This document shows, piece after piece, positions 39,048 to 52,558 of a DNA stretch of 64,000 bases. The notes below the pieces were generated by a model. The model saw nothing but the letters and a program-made list of their open reading frames with translations. It made no database searches and was not told where the DNA came from. Location: assembly GCA_951406725.2 (NCBI GenBank), contig OX597836.1:21266001-21330000 (forward strand). The letters run 5' to 3'. The position numbers and the translations under genes were made by a program. Position 1 is the stretch's first letter. Each line of letters begins with the position of its first letter. The stretch comes from Octopus vulgaris. Its lineage: Eukaryota.

Positions 39048-39052
<5 letters not shown>
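37795..39052 (+). mobile_element. Mariner transposase C-terminal fragment fused to a Tc1-like element 3' portion
   Basis: LLLHDNTRPH and PPYSPDLTPMDFHLF (mariner) up to ~38265, then RKPLLSKTNVAKRLEW and WPPQSPDINIIEHL (Tc1), with a right-hand TIR ending ccctg before (TA)n. Confidence 0.8.
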
Positions 39053-39078
<26 letters not shown>

Positions 39079-39081
39079 CAT

Positions 39082-39379
39082 TGTTGTGGCAAGAGTCACA
39101 ACACCCCTTGCAAGAATAGACTGACCGAACGACTATAAATAGTAGCGGTCTGAGTGAGATAGGAGTCAGAGTAGGCGTTAATCGCAGGAAGTCGTAAGGT
39201 GGCATTTTGGTGGCTTGTCAGAATATCATTTGTTGGTTCATGTATATTTTGTGGAGAGTTTGTTGGATTGTTATGTTGTTGTTACTCTGCTTCATTATAT
39301 ATTATATTGTTACTACACAGTTATAGTGGAAGCAAGTATTGTCATAAATAGTGTTGATCCTACAATAACTGGCGATGAG
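39082..39379 (+). mobile_element. LTR-like fragment with Gypsy-type primer-binding site
   Basis: Starts TGTTG, TATA-like tataaata at ~39134, ends ...ACA followed closely by tggcgatgag (TGGCGACGAG-like PBS). Confidence 0.55.
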
Positions 39380-40631
39380 TAACTATGTTACAATCATCAT
39401 CATCATCATCATTTAGCGTCCGCTTTCCATGCTAGCATGGGTTGGACGGTTCAACTGGGGTCTGGGAAGCCAGAAGGCTGCACCAGGCCCAGTCTGATCT
39501 GGCAATGTTTCTATGGCTGGATGCCCTTCCTAATGCCAACCACTCCGTGAGTGTAGTGGGTGCTTTTTACGTGCCAGATGAGGCTGGCAAATGGCCATGA
39601 TCGGGTGGTGCTTTTTACGTGCCACCGGCATATATATACACATATATATATATGTGTGTGTGTGTGTGTGCGTGTATGTATATATATATATATGTATGTG
39701 TGTGGTGGGGTATGTGTGTATGTATGTATGTATATATTTGCATATAAGTATGTGTGTGCCTTTGTGTCTGTGTTTGTCTTCCTCCTCACCACTTGACAAC
39801 CAGTGTTGGTGTGTTTATGTCCCCATAACTTAGTGGTTTGGAGAAAGAGACCGACAGAATAAGCACTACTGGGATTGATTCATTCAACTAAAAATTCTTC
39901 AAGCAAGTGCCCCAGCATGGCCACAGTCTATTGACTGAAATAAGTAAAAAAGAAAAAAAAAAAGATAGCAAGAAAGAAAGTAAAAAAAAATTACAAATTG
40001 TTTATTTGATTGTTGTAAATATGTTTTTTGTAATTTCTAACTCCAAGCTTTAGGTTTCTCAGAGTTAAATGATCCCCTGGGCCACAACACATGGCTCATA
40101 TTGATCCATACGTAAATCCAGTCTGAAGTACATAGCACAGAGTACACCATACATTTGCACACTACACAGTGATGTTAATACCTAACCATGTAATTTGTTC
40201 TTTTGATCAATTTCTAAAGACAGCCTAGAATATATTAATTTATCTCCTTGATAAATTGTCACGCTATCAACTTATTTACTTTAATTCTTAAGGACATTGT
40301 CTGTCTGACACATTTTTTTGCTTAATTTTTTCAGCTTTTCTCTTTCCTTTTATAAGCCTTTTGGATCTTTTGTTTGTAGTTTTAATGTTGTTTTTTTTGG
40401 GGGTCTTTTGGTGGCCTTGAGTAATTATTCTGTAAGGTAATATGTCTCTCTCTCTCTTTCTCTCTGCTTTGCTCATGTTTGTCTATCTTTTTCTCACATG
40501 CTAATTGACTCTCTCTGTATTTCTGTCTCTGTGAATGTGTCTCTCTCATTCTCTTCTCTCTTTCTATTTCTCTCTCTCTCTCTCCCTTTCTATCTTTCTA
40601 TTTCTCTCTCTCTCTTCTCTTTCTATCTTTC

Positions 40632-40676
<45 letters not shown>

Positions 40677-41001
40677 ATTTCTCTCTCTCTCTCTCTCTCT
40701 CTTTCTTTCTTAAATATATGGATTAGATTGGGGGAACGTTTGTGTGTACAAACAATAGGTGGGGAAGAGACAAAAAACTCAGGAACTTGAAACCCAGCAA
40801 TAGAACTGAAGAAGCTTCAGCTGCTAATATAAGAAACAATAGAAACTGCATATACATATACATACATGCATAATTTGTGTATGTGTGTGTGTGTGTGTGT
40901 GCATTTGTATAAATGTATGTATTTATATGTGTATACGTATTCATATATATGCATGTGTGTATGTATACATATGTATGTATGTATGTGTGTATGAATGTAT
41001 G

Positions 41002-41036
<35 letters not shown>

Positions 41037-41192
41037 ATGCATATGTATGATTATAGCTATAACAATCGATCTATCTGTCTACATACATACACAAACATGC
41101 ACACATATATATATGTATGCATATATATATATTTATATACATGAATAGATAAATGTGTGCGTGTATGTGTGTGCCCGTGTGAATGGGGTATG

Positions 41193-41299
<107 letters not shown>

Positions 41300-41777
41300 G
41301 TATAGAAATTTTGCTTTACATTTCATCATTTCATGGTCTGCAATGATGAATAAATGATTGCAAAACTAGTTTTAAAGCAGCCAACAAGCTAAATGTTCTT
41401 CACGCGGATTGGAACCTGAAACCTTAAACCTTTGAGTTTACTAAATATACCTATCTTCTTCAAATCACTCGTTATCATCTTCACAAAATAAAAAAAAAAG
41501 GGGGCTGTGTTATATGACTAAATCATCTGGACTGGCCTTGAATTACTTGGATTATGTTTGATTGTAACATATAAATCAGAATTGGCAGAGCTAAAGCATT
41601 TTTGATGGTATCGTAAGTTTGTTGGATTTGATCTAACCTTTAGTGAGTGCTAAACAATAATAACAACAGCAACCACCACCACCACAACCACCACCACCAC
41701 TACCTCCACTACTACAAATTCAATACAAGCTAGTGGAGCAGATTTTATATATATGGTCACTCAACCTGCTGGAAATA

Positions 41778-42168
41778 TATTTCTTTACTACCCACAGAGA
41801 GGACAAACAAGGACAGACAAAGAGATTAAGTTGATTACATCGACCCCAGTGCGTAACTGGTACTTAATTTATCGACCCCAAAAGGATGAAAGGCAAAGTC
41901 AACCTCGGCAGAATTTGAACACAGAACGTAGCGGCAGACGAAATACCTATTTCTTTACTACCCACAAGGGGCTAAACACAGAGAGGACAAACAAGGACAG
42001 ACAAAGAGATTAAGTTGATTACATCGCCCCCAGTGCGTAACTGGTACTTAATTTATCGACCCCGAAAGGACGAAAGGCAAAGTCGACCTCGGCGGAATTT
42101 GAACTCGGAACGTAACGACAGAGGAAATACGGCTATGCATTTCAACCGGCGTGCTAACGTTTCTGCCG
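41778..42168 (-). mobile_element. SINE family A head-to-tail dimer
   Basis: Two units joined at cgaaatac|ctatttc (41946/41947). Confidence 0.88.
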
Positions 42169-42325
42169 AATTACCTTCAAATTGCATTTTAAGACAGTAA
42201 TGCCTTGCAATGATGTAGTGTTGGAATACACAGTGTATCTGGAAAAACCAAATGCTGGATGAATATGGGAGAAACATCTTTCTATCATTGCTCTTTTGGC
42301 TGGAGACTGACTTGATGTTAACAAT

Positions 42326-42327
<2 letters not shown>

Positions 42328-42395
<68 letters not shown>

Positions 42396-42430
42396 CCACC
42401 CACAACAACAACAACCACCACCACCACAAT
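42328..42430 (+). repeat. Compound trinucleotide repeat (CAG)n(CAA)n(CAC)n upstream of the GPCR ATG
   Basis: Directly visible. Confidence 0.95.
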
Positions 42431-42535
42431 AATAACAGAAATAGCTTTAAAATGTAGCAGTAATTCACTAATATTAAATGAAAGTGAATCAGGAAAGAAA
42501 AAAAAAAGATGCTCCAGCTAGGGCTTTAAAAGCCA

Positions 42536-43430
42536 ATGATTGTAACAAAGATTAAGGATAAAATTTGGCAAAAAGTAAATGAACAAGCAAAAACAGATAA
42601 AGATCTGACGATGAACATGTCAAATAACTTTTCAGATCTTTTAACGAAGACTGTATTTCACGAATCTCTTGTGCTTCGCATTGTGGAAGTCAGTATCATA
42701 GTAATTCTTATTGTTCTCTGTGTAGTTGGTAACTGTTTGTTGTTTTACATAATAGTTACCACTAGTCCACGCTGGTGGACGACACCAGCAAATTTCTTCA
42801 ATGTCAATCTGGCATTTACAGACTTGATGGTCGGAATCGTAGTGCTGCCGTTCATGGCTATGTCAATCAGCTGGCAGTCGTGGCTGCTATCGGACATCCT
42901 GTGTCAGAGTACGGCGTTTGCCACGATCCTGCTCATGGCAAGTTCCACTCTGACATTGTCGGTTATTTCACTTGATCGCTACTTCTGCATCTGTTTACCA
43001 CTTCGTTACCAATCTGTAGTGACCACTGAGAGGGTGGCCTCTGTTGTCGCTGTTTTGTGGCTAACAAGCTTCCTATTGGCTAGTATACCACTGTTTGGTT
43101 GGGGTAGGTACACATTCCGTCCTCAGTCCATACCGATATGCAGTGTGCTTTTGGAAGGACAGCAGCGCCACGTCATATTGCTTTGGTCCTTCATGATAAT
43201 ATTGCCGGTAACAGTGATGATCTATTCTTACATGCAAATTCTAAAGGTTGCTCGGAAACAAGCAAATCAGATTGGATGTGTTGAGAACCATTTCAATTCT
43301 AGGATGATGACGGGAACTAATGAAACCATTGGAACATCCCAGAATGGAACCATTTCCTTTGGGAACAACGACAGCAAGCACTTCGTGTCTCGCAGTTTGA
43401 AATCCTTGAAAATCGTTTCAATTATCATTG
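42536..43430 (+). CDS. Class A (rhodopsin-family) orphan GPCR, exon 1 (TM1 to start of TM6)
   Basis: GN (TM1), NLAFTD (TM2), C3.25...SLDRY, W4.50/PLFGWGRY, LP/YSY (TM5); G|gtgagt donor. The true start could be a downstream ATG (about 42611). Confidence 0.93.
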
Positions 43431-46177
43431 GTGAGTAATTAAAAAAGGCATTTCTTCCGTATATCCTCCTTATCATCCTCATCATCAGCACCAGCACCAC
43501 CAGCACCACCACCACCATCACTCCAGTCCACTCAGCTGGCAAAAATGAGTAATGCTGCCATAGACTGGCATCCCGTCCAGCTGGGGAACACATACGCCAT
43601 AGAAACCGGGCCCATGAGCCTGGCTAGGCTTTAAAAGGGTGCATTTATTATTTTTATTATATCCCACAAAATTGATTTCTTCGTCTGCCGTAAAGGCATT
43701 TTTTTCCAAATACGCCAGCTAAGCTAAGTTGAACTGTCTAAAGTCGAAAGACACCTGTTGTTTTTGTCCTGTTATTATTATTATTGTTTTTTGTACTTAT
43801 ATTCGTGTGGCATCGTCCGTTTTTCTGTCCTTGTTTCGTATACATTCGATCCTTTTTCCAAGAAATCTAATGCTTGTAGCTTAGTTTTGTCTTGGGGCTG
43901 GCCGGATTGGAGCGATCTCAAGATTAATCAGCCGAAATTGCGAGGATGATCCGGTTCTTGACTGAAGATTAGAGGCTTCAAATGACCCGTCCGTTTTTTT
44001 GTGTCGTCTATTTGAATGTTTTGCGTTCTTGTCCCATTTTGTATTTTTATATATATTTTTTATACATATATATTATATATATATATATATAAGAAAACAA
44101 TATATGGGCTTCATGGATGTGATGATAACAAGTGACTGAGACCTCTGGCGATATGCTGTGTATGAGAAGACTCATCAGGCCGTGTGACCAAGACCTCTGG
44201 TGATAATCTGTGAATGAGAAAACTGATCAGGCCAAGTGCAATTGTAGCTGGCCTGATCAGTTGTAGCTGTGGCGGTATCATATAGATGGCACTTGTGACA
44301 AAGTGGTTGTGGCCATTGCTGGTGCCATGAAAACGGCGTCTGTGAAATTGGAGTTGGGCAGTCACTGGTGCCTTGTAGATGAATCATAGTCATAGTTGTG
44401 GTCATTGACAGTGCCATGTAAATGACACCCATGTATTGTAGTCATGGTGGTTGCCAGTACCATATAAAGGGCTCCCATGAATCCTTGTGATCACTGTGGG
44501 TGCCATGTGAATGGCACCCATGCTGGTGGTATGTAAAATCACCCATTACACTCCCTGGAGTGGTTGGCATTAGGAAGGGCATCCAGCCATAGAAACACTG
44601 CCAAATCAGACTGGAACCTGGTGCAGCTCTCTGGCTAATCATCACCAGTTAAACCATCTAACCCATGTCAGCATGGAAAGTGAATGTTAAATGATGATGA
44701 TGATGATGATGATGATGACATACATACATACCTAGATACATACATACATACCTACATACATACATACCTACATACATACATACATATACATACATACATA
44801 TACATACATACATATACATACATACATACCTACCTACATACATACAAACATACATATACATACATACATACCTACCAACATACATACATACATACAATGA
44901 GCTTCTACACAGTTTATGTCTACCAAATTCATCTACAATGCATTGGTCAGCTTAGAGCTATAGCAGAAGATATTTGTCCAATGTGCCATGCTGTGAGATT
45001 GAACCATTCCCAGCCCCATAGCCATGCCTATACCTTTCCTGATTAATACCTCCAATCTGTTTTTGAATTTTGACCTTTTGAATTTTGACCACAGATGGTG
45101 CATTGAGAATGACTACATTGTTAAGTTTTGTGTGTATTTATAGAAATGACTTATTGCTGATTTAGTCACGGAACAAACAAAATCACAATCGTTTTCACCT
45201 TAGGTAGTTTTCTCACATTGATTTTAAAATGCAAATAGATGTTCACTGATGTTAAATTTTGTTGTTGTCTACATACAAATATATCCAGCTGTGCTGTATT
45301 TACTATTCATGTTCTCTTGTCTCAAAGCTATTGAATAAAATATAAAGCTTAACATAAATGTGTCACCAACTACATGTGTTACCAACATAAATGTGTTACC
45401 AACTACATGGTTCCGGGTTCAGTCCCACTGCATGGCACCTTGGGCAAGTGTCTTCTAGTATAGCCTCGGGCCGACCAATGCCTTGTGAGTGGATTTGGTA
45501 GACAGAAACTGAAAGAAGCCTGTCGTGTATATGTATATATATATATGTGTGTGTGTGCGTGTATGTTTGTGTGTCTGTGTTTGTCCTCCTAGCATTGCTT
45601 GACAACCGATGCTGGTGTGTTTATGTCCCCGTCACTTAGCGGTTCGGCAAAAGAGACCGATAGAATAAGTACTGGGCTTACAAAGAATGAGTCCCGGGGT
45701 CGAGTTGCTCGATTAAAGGCGGTACTCCAGCATGGCCGCAGTCATATGACTGAAACAAGTAAAAGAGTAAAGAGTATGTGTGAAAGAGCATGGCTCAGTG
45801 GTTAGAGCATTAAGCTCATAATCCTGGGGTAGTGAGTTCAATTCCTAGACCAGGCTGTGCATAGTGGTCTTGAGCTAGACACTTCATTTCTCATAGCTCT
45901 AGTTTAGTCAGCTGCAGAAATGAGTCGTGATGCCCTTGGCGCCAAGTTGTATCAGCGTTTGCCTTTCTCTTGGATAATATCAGTGGTGTGGAAAAAGGGT
46001 GGTTTGTATGCGTGAGCAACTGTTGATCATCCATAAACCACCTTGTCCAGACTTGTAGCTTAGAGGGGAGCTTTCAGGGTGCAATTCCATGGCTACTAAT
46101 GACTGAAGGGAGTCTTTGCCTTTACCTTTTAAATCTGTATAATGTTATATGTGAGTTTGTATGCCTATGTGCATGCA

Positions 46178-46208
<31 letters not shown>

Positions 46209-46814
46209 GCGTGTTTGTGCATGTATACATACATATACACATGGACTAATCTCTACTCTCAAAATTGTTGGCCTTGGGCCTAAATTAGGAACCATTGTTA
46301 TTTTCATTACTTAGAACTATGATGGCAAGCTGGCAGAAGCATTAAAGTGTCAGAAAAAAATACTTAGTGGCATTTTTCTGATTCTTCATGTTCTGAGTTC
46401 AAATCTCACTAAGGCTTACTTTGCTTTTCATTCTTTCAAGGTCAATAAAATAACATACCAGTTCAGCACTGAAGTCAGTGTAAACGATTAGCCTTTCCCC
46501 TTAAAACTGTTGGCCTCATGCCAAAATTAAGAAGAATTATTTAGAACATAATTTAACATGACATTCTCATAAATTATCTTAAACGGAAAATTTATGTCAT
46601 AGTAGGTGAGCTTAGTCACAGGTGATGGCCATCTAAAGAATTTTGTGTGTTTGACAATAGCTTGTTCAATTAATGATAAATCAATAGATTTACTTGTAAA
46701 TCATCCGCAGATGTTTTAGTTAGAGAAGATTTATGCAGATCAATTGTTGCTGTTGTGGTGGTTTGTTGTTGCTGTTTTGATGTTGTAATTGTTGTTGATG
46801 ATGGTGTTGATGCT

Positions 46815-47300
46815 GACCCCTAGGTCCTCACCACCCTTGCCAGAGCACGTTCCGTGGACTGTGCACCTGCTCTCTACCCCTGCACTCATCCTTCCGTCTC
46901 CCATCTCCTGTTTCCCCTCATCTACCACCCCACCACCCTATCTCTCCAACACACCATTCTTGGAGCCTTCCGGTAACTCCAGTCTGACCCCTCCACTTCA
47001 CACATCTTCCCTAACCGACCCCTCTCCTCCTTCAAATGAGCCCACAACCTACAAGACCTCTTGGTCCACAGCTTCTTCCCTAACCCAATCTCCCAACCTG
47101 GCTCATTTCCCTGCTCCCACCCATGCTGCCACACTTGCCCTTACCTCTCCAACACCACCCATCATCGACCCTATCATGTCACCAACTCCTTCACCTGCAC
47201 TTCTACCAATGTCATCTCCTGCATTCTCTGCCCTTCTCTATACACCGGGCAAACAGGACGCCGCTTGGCTGACCAGTTCATGGAATACCTCGGAGACATG
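46815..47300 (+). mobile_element. Penelope-like element GIY-YIG endonuclease remnant in the GPCR intron
   Basis: PGSFPCSHPCCHTCPY (Zn knuckle), SFTCTSTNVISCI, LYTGQTGRRLADQFMEYL (degenerate GIY-YIG). Confidence 0.75.
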
Positions 47301-50300
47301 TACATTGATAACACTGGGTTGTGGAATCAAATGGGTCCATTTGAGTAAAATAGGAATCAAATGGATCCATGGGTAAAATGGTTTAGAATTCTTCTTGGTG
47401 GTTCTTCTGCTTATTCCTGTAATGCTCAGAGTTCCATATCCCTTACTCAGACTACAACTTGCAAACTGTTAATTGCCAACCTCTACTAGCAAACACCTCT
47501 TGTAGTGGTCCCCCATTAACTTCTAGTATTTGGTTCCCTTCTTCTCTTGAAACTCCTCCCAGGTTATTGTTAACTGCAATAGGGTTAGCTGTCCTGTCGT
47601 CTTGGAAACCAAGATGATATCTGGTTAGACTGCCCTCCCACATCCCAACAAGTTTTAAACTCAGAAACTAAACATTTCATTTGGCACTCTACCAGTTCTT
47701 CCAACCCACCACCCTGACCCCCTGACAACACCATAACATTAAAAAAGAAAAGCTTAATTTGGAATGTTTAGGCTGAAGTGATCTCCATTAAATTAACTCA
47801 ATCTTCAGACCAAAGTACAACCTAGAGGGTCAGCAACTATCTTTTATTTTTTACCTGTTCAAGTCATTAGTCTGTGGCCATGCTGGGGTACTGCATTGAA
47901 TGAATCGACCTCAACACTTTATTTTAAGCCTGGTACTTATTCAGTCGGTCTCTTTTTGCTGAACTCCTAAGTTATGGAGGGGTAAACAAACCAACACTAG
48001 TTGTCAAGCAGTGGTGGGGACAAGCACACACACACACATATGTGACAGGCTTCTTTCAGTTTCCGTCTACCACATCTGCTCACAAGGCTTTGGTCAACTC
48101 GAGGCTATAGTAGAAGACACTTGCCCAAAGTGCCACGCAGCGGGACTGAACACAGAACCATGTGGCTGGGAAGCAAGCTTCTTACCACACAGCCATGCCT
48201 GCACCTTTCTTTCTTTCTTTTCTTTTTACTTGTTTCAGTCATTTGACTGCGGCCATGCTGGAGCATCGAATTTTAGTCGAGCAAATCGACCCCGGGACTT
48301 ATTCTTTGTAAGCCCAGTACTTATTCTATCGGTCTCTTTTGCCAAACCGCTAAGTGACAGGGACGTAAACACACCAGCATCGGTTGTCAAGCAATGCTAG
48401 GGGGACAAAGACAGACACACAAAACATATACACACACACTTATATATATATATATACATATATACGACAGGCTTCTTTCAGTTTCTGTCTACCAAATCCA
48501 CTCACAAGTCTTTGGTCGGCCCGGGGCTATAGCAGAAGACACTTGCCCAAGATGCAAGCAGCGGGACTGAACCCGGAACCATGTGGTTGGTTAGCAAGCT
48601 ACTTACCACACAGCCACTCCTGCACCTATGTTGAAAATTTCAAAAGGCTGCAGGGTAAAATGTATAATTATTAAACCTTTAACTGTGGAATTAAATTTCA
48701 TGGATATTCCAGGAATGATATTAAATATCAACCAAAAATTTTTCTGCAAGTCATGTTGCCCCAATGAAGGCACATGGCTCAGTAATTAAAGCATCAGACT
48801 CACAATCATGAGGTAGTGAGTTCGATTCTTGGACTGGGTTGTGTATTGTGTTCTTGAGCAAGACCTTTCCATTCATGTTGTTCCAGTTCTCTCATCAGTA
48901 GAAATGAGTTGTGATGTCACTGGTGCCAAGCTGTATCGACCTTTGCCTTTCCCTTGGTTAATATCAGTGGCATGGAGAGTGGTGGTGGTGGGGGGTATGC
49001 ATGGGCAACTGCTGGTCTTCCATAAACAATCTTGCCCAGACTTGTGCTTTGGAGGGAAACTTTCTTGGTGCAATCCCACAATCATTTATGACCAAAGGGG
49101 GTTTTTACCCTTTCAGTGAAGGGTAATGAAATTTTGGGTGGCTATATCTGATTTTCACAGTAAAAGGGTTAATAACATGTAGTTATCCATGTGGTAAGAA
49201 GTTTACTTCCTAACCACATAGTTCTGGGTTCAGTCTCACTGCATGACACCTTGGGCAAGTGTCTTGGACCAACCAAGTGAGTGGATTTGGTAGACAAAAA
49301 CAGAAAGACGCCCATACATATACAACAGCTTCTTTCAGTTTCCATCTATCAAATCCACTTACATGGCTTTGGTCAGCCTCAGTTTATAGCAAAAGACAAA
49401 TGCCTGAGGTGCTGCACAGTGGGATTGAAACCAAGACCACATGGTTGGTAAGCAAACTTCTAAACCCTTTAGCATTCATATTACTCTGTCAAATGCAGCA
49501 CATATTTACCCATTGATTTGAATTAATCCTGTGTTATCTTGTAGCTTTGAGATTTCAATGATGTGTTTGTGTTTTGAATGATGTTGTCAGGTAGGTGGGA
49601 AAGGCCAGAATGTGGCCAGTTTTAACATAAAACAAGGAGAATATTTTGGGTTGGACTTGGCCAGTTTAACCCTTTAGAGTTCAGATTATTCTATCAAACA
49701 GAATGCTTATTGATTCACATTGATTTTAATTAATCATGCATTATCTCATATCTTCAAGATCTTGATGGTGTAATTACTTAATGTAGAATAACATTGTAGG
49801 GTAGGTGTGAGAACATAAAACAGATTAACTATTGTGGCCGGATATGGCCAGTTTAAATACTAAAGGGTTAAATGCTAAAGGTTTAACCTTTTTGTTACCA
49901 ACCTGGCTGAAACCAATTCTGTTGTACAAATGTCTTGTTTTCTTAAGGTTTCAATTAAAATCTTCCACCAAACCTTAGTCACAATTTATGTTCCTAATAC
50001 AAGCTGAATGATAACTAAGTTATTTTACAAAATTCTTTGTTATATTTAAAGTAATTGAAAGAAACACAGAACATCTCAAAATAAATACAGTAACGAAAGG
50101 GTTAAGCATGCAGCCATCCCCCAGTACCAATAGAATTACATTTATTTATATTTTTTTAATGTCTGTTGTCCATGCTGGCATGAGTTGGACTGTGTAATAA
50201 AATTTTTGTGTTGTTTCCAATTTGCTTCTACTTAGAAATCAAAGGAAATAACTATTATTCCCTTTAAACTTTGCTTTTGCGACCTGGACATTAATGTTTT

Positions 50301-50646
50301 GAAACTTACCAATTTTCCATTACATTTTCAGAGATTTAGCACTGAGTTGCTGAAGCAGGTTTTTCTAGAATTTTTCTAAAAGTTACAAGAATTTCTAGAA
50401 CATTCTAGTAACATAAATGGTAGTATAAATACAGGGATCATAAGCTCAACAGTTCAGTTTACTTCTAGCTGTCCAAGAGGAGACAGGTTTTAGGAAAGCA
50501 AATTTTGGAGAAAATATTAGCCATTTGTCATACTTTTTAGGGGTAAGCAAAAAGGAAACAACAGTTGCTACCCAAGGATAAAAATCCTGTTACACAGTGT
50601 TGTCTTTTATTTCTTTCTAAGTGTTTTTCATATTTTTATTTTTCAG

Positions 50647-50852
50647 GTACTTTCTTTTTGTGTTGGGGTCCATATATAGGATTCAACTTCTGGTGCCTGG
50701 ATAATGCTAAACCAATTCCTTATCTGGGTGATTTATTGACAACGTTCTTGGCTTTCACGAACAGTTCCGTTAATCCGTACCTTATTATAATGTTCAACCG
50801 AGATTTTAAAATTGCATTTCGAAATATTTTCAAGAGCAGGCAGCAGGAATAA
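50647..50852 (+). CDS. Orphan GPCR exon 2 (TM6-TM7-helix 8)
   Basis: tttttcag acceptor, phase 1; GTFFLCWGPY (CWxP), NSSVNPYL, NRDFKIAF; TAA. Confidence 0.93.
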
Positions 50853-50974
50853 AGGAAAATGAAGAAAAAACAGTTTGTGTGAACCATTGTAAAAGATAGC
50901 AAGAACATGACCCAGGCATAGAGCTTTACATTGGACCTCATAGAAATAGCAACCAAATCTGAAGTCGCACACAT

Positions 50975-51389
50975 ATACCTATTTCTTTATTACCCACAAG
51001 GGGCTAAACATAGAGGGGACAAACAAGGACAGACATAGGTATTAAGTTGATTACATTGACCCCAGTGCATAGCTGGTACTTAATTTATCGACCCCGAAAG
51101 GATGAAAGGCAAAGTCAACCTTTGCAGAATTTGAACTCATAACGTAACGGCAGACGAAATACCTATTTCTTTACTACCCACAAGGGGCTAAACATAGAGA
51201 GGACAAACAAGGACAGACATAGGTATTAAGTTGATTATATCGACCCTGGTGCATAGCTGGTACTTAATTTATCGACCCTGAAAGGATGAAAAGCAAAGTC
51301 GACCGCGGCAGAATTTGAACTCACAACATAACAGCAGACGAAATATCGCTAACGTTTCGGTGTGCTAACGTTTCTGCCCGCTCACCGCC
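50975..51389 (-). mobile_element. SINE family A head-to-tail dimer in the GPCR 3' region
   Basis: Same junction at 51162/51163; flanked by tcgcacac(ac)atatac direct repeats. Confidence 0.88.
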
Positions 51390-52380
51390 TTTCGCACACA
51401 CATATACTTTTTAGCTTTATCTGTACCTGTTTCAGCCACTGGACTGCAGGCCATGGTGGGGCAAGCCTTGAAGGGTTTTAGTCAAAAAAATTGACATAGG
51501 TATGACTGTGTGGTAAGAAGTTTACTTCTCAACCACATGGTCACAGGTTCAGTCCCACTGTGTGGCAACTTGTGCAAGTGTCTTCTACTATAGCCTTGGG
51601 CCGACCAAAGCCTTTGTGAGTGGATTTGGTAGACAGAAACTGAAAGAAAGCAGTCATACACACATGTGTGTGTGTGTGTGTGTGTCTGAAAGAAGTCCAT
51701 TGTATATGTGTGTGTGTGTGTCTTTGTCCGTTACCACTACTTGACAACCGGTGTTGGTGTGTTTACGTCCCTATGACTTAGTAGTTTGGCAAAAGAGACC
51801 AACAGAATAAGTACCAGGCTTAAAAAGTACTGGGGCCAATTCATTTGACTAAAAATTCCTCAAAGCAGGGCTCAAGCACGGCTGCAGTCGAATGAATGAA
51901 GTAAGTGAAAAAAAAATATGAGGGGGTAGATGTAGTGAATGATGGAGAAGGGGGCGGAGTGTATTCAATCATTTGTGTTCATTTTTCCATGCAAACATGG
52001 GTTAGAACAGCAGTTCTCAACCAGGGTCAGCAATAGCATTTTAAGGACCCCCTGGAAAAATTTTGCTTTAGATGTATGTATTGGTATGTATTGCAAAAAA
52101 ACAGCTAGGTTTCTTTATTTAACATTTTACATAGTTTAACCTACACAAGTGAATGTGGGAAAAACAAAATAGGAATTTAGAAAGAACTTTCTCTGTAACT
52201 AGATTTTTAAATACTGAATGGCTAGGGAGGTCCACCAGAATAAGATAGTAATCAAAGGGGTTCATAGATAAAAAATGGTTGAGAATCCTTGGGTTAAAAG
52301 AATGTATTGGGGTAACATAAGAATTAGTTGCCCAAAACTTTTTTTGAATTAGAAAGCAAAAAACTTTGAAAACATTATGT

Positions 52381-52386
52381 TTTATT
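52381..52386 (-). terminator. Probable MPP10 polyadenylation signal AATAAA
   Basis: tttatt on + strand about 30 nt downstream of the stop codon. Confidence 0.5.
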
Positions 52387-52414
52387 TACATTTGAAACTT
52401 AGAACCAATTTAAT

Positions 52415-52558
52415 TTACAGCTTTAACGATATTGCAGATTTGTGGCTCACTTTCTGCTTTTTGGCAGAATGTCTTGATGAAATATCATTGGACCTGACTT
52501 CATTTTGGAGTTGACTGAAGAATGCAGCTGAAGAATTCACCTTTTTCTTATCTTTGGT
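52415..52558 (-). CDS. MPHOSPH10: MPP10 last exon
   Basis: NSSAAFFSQLQNEV...SAISLKL-TAA; conserved SSxxFFxxLQ motif and C-terminal LKL. Confidence 0.95.
   Translation of the reverse strand, partial: TKDKKKVNSSAAFFSQLQNEVRSNDISSRHSAKKQKVSHKSAISLKL

Noticed and set aside
46789-47376. 195-aa Pro/Ser/Thr-rich ORF in the GPCR intron
   Set aside because: Off-frame reading of a decayed Penelope-like element.
42536-50852. Opsin or biogenic-amine receptor assignment
   Set aside because: No Lys at 7.43 and no Asp at 3.32.
50853-50962. Possible longer GPCR C-tail in a shifted frame
   Set aside because: The alternative frames contain stops, and there is no evidence for a frameshift without orthologue comparison.
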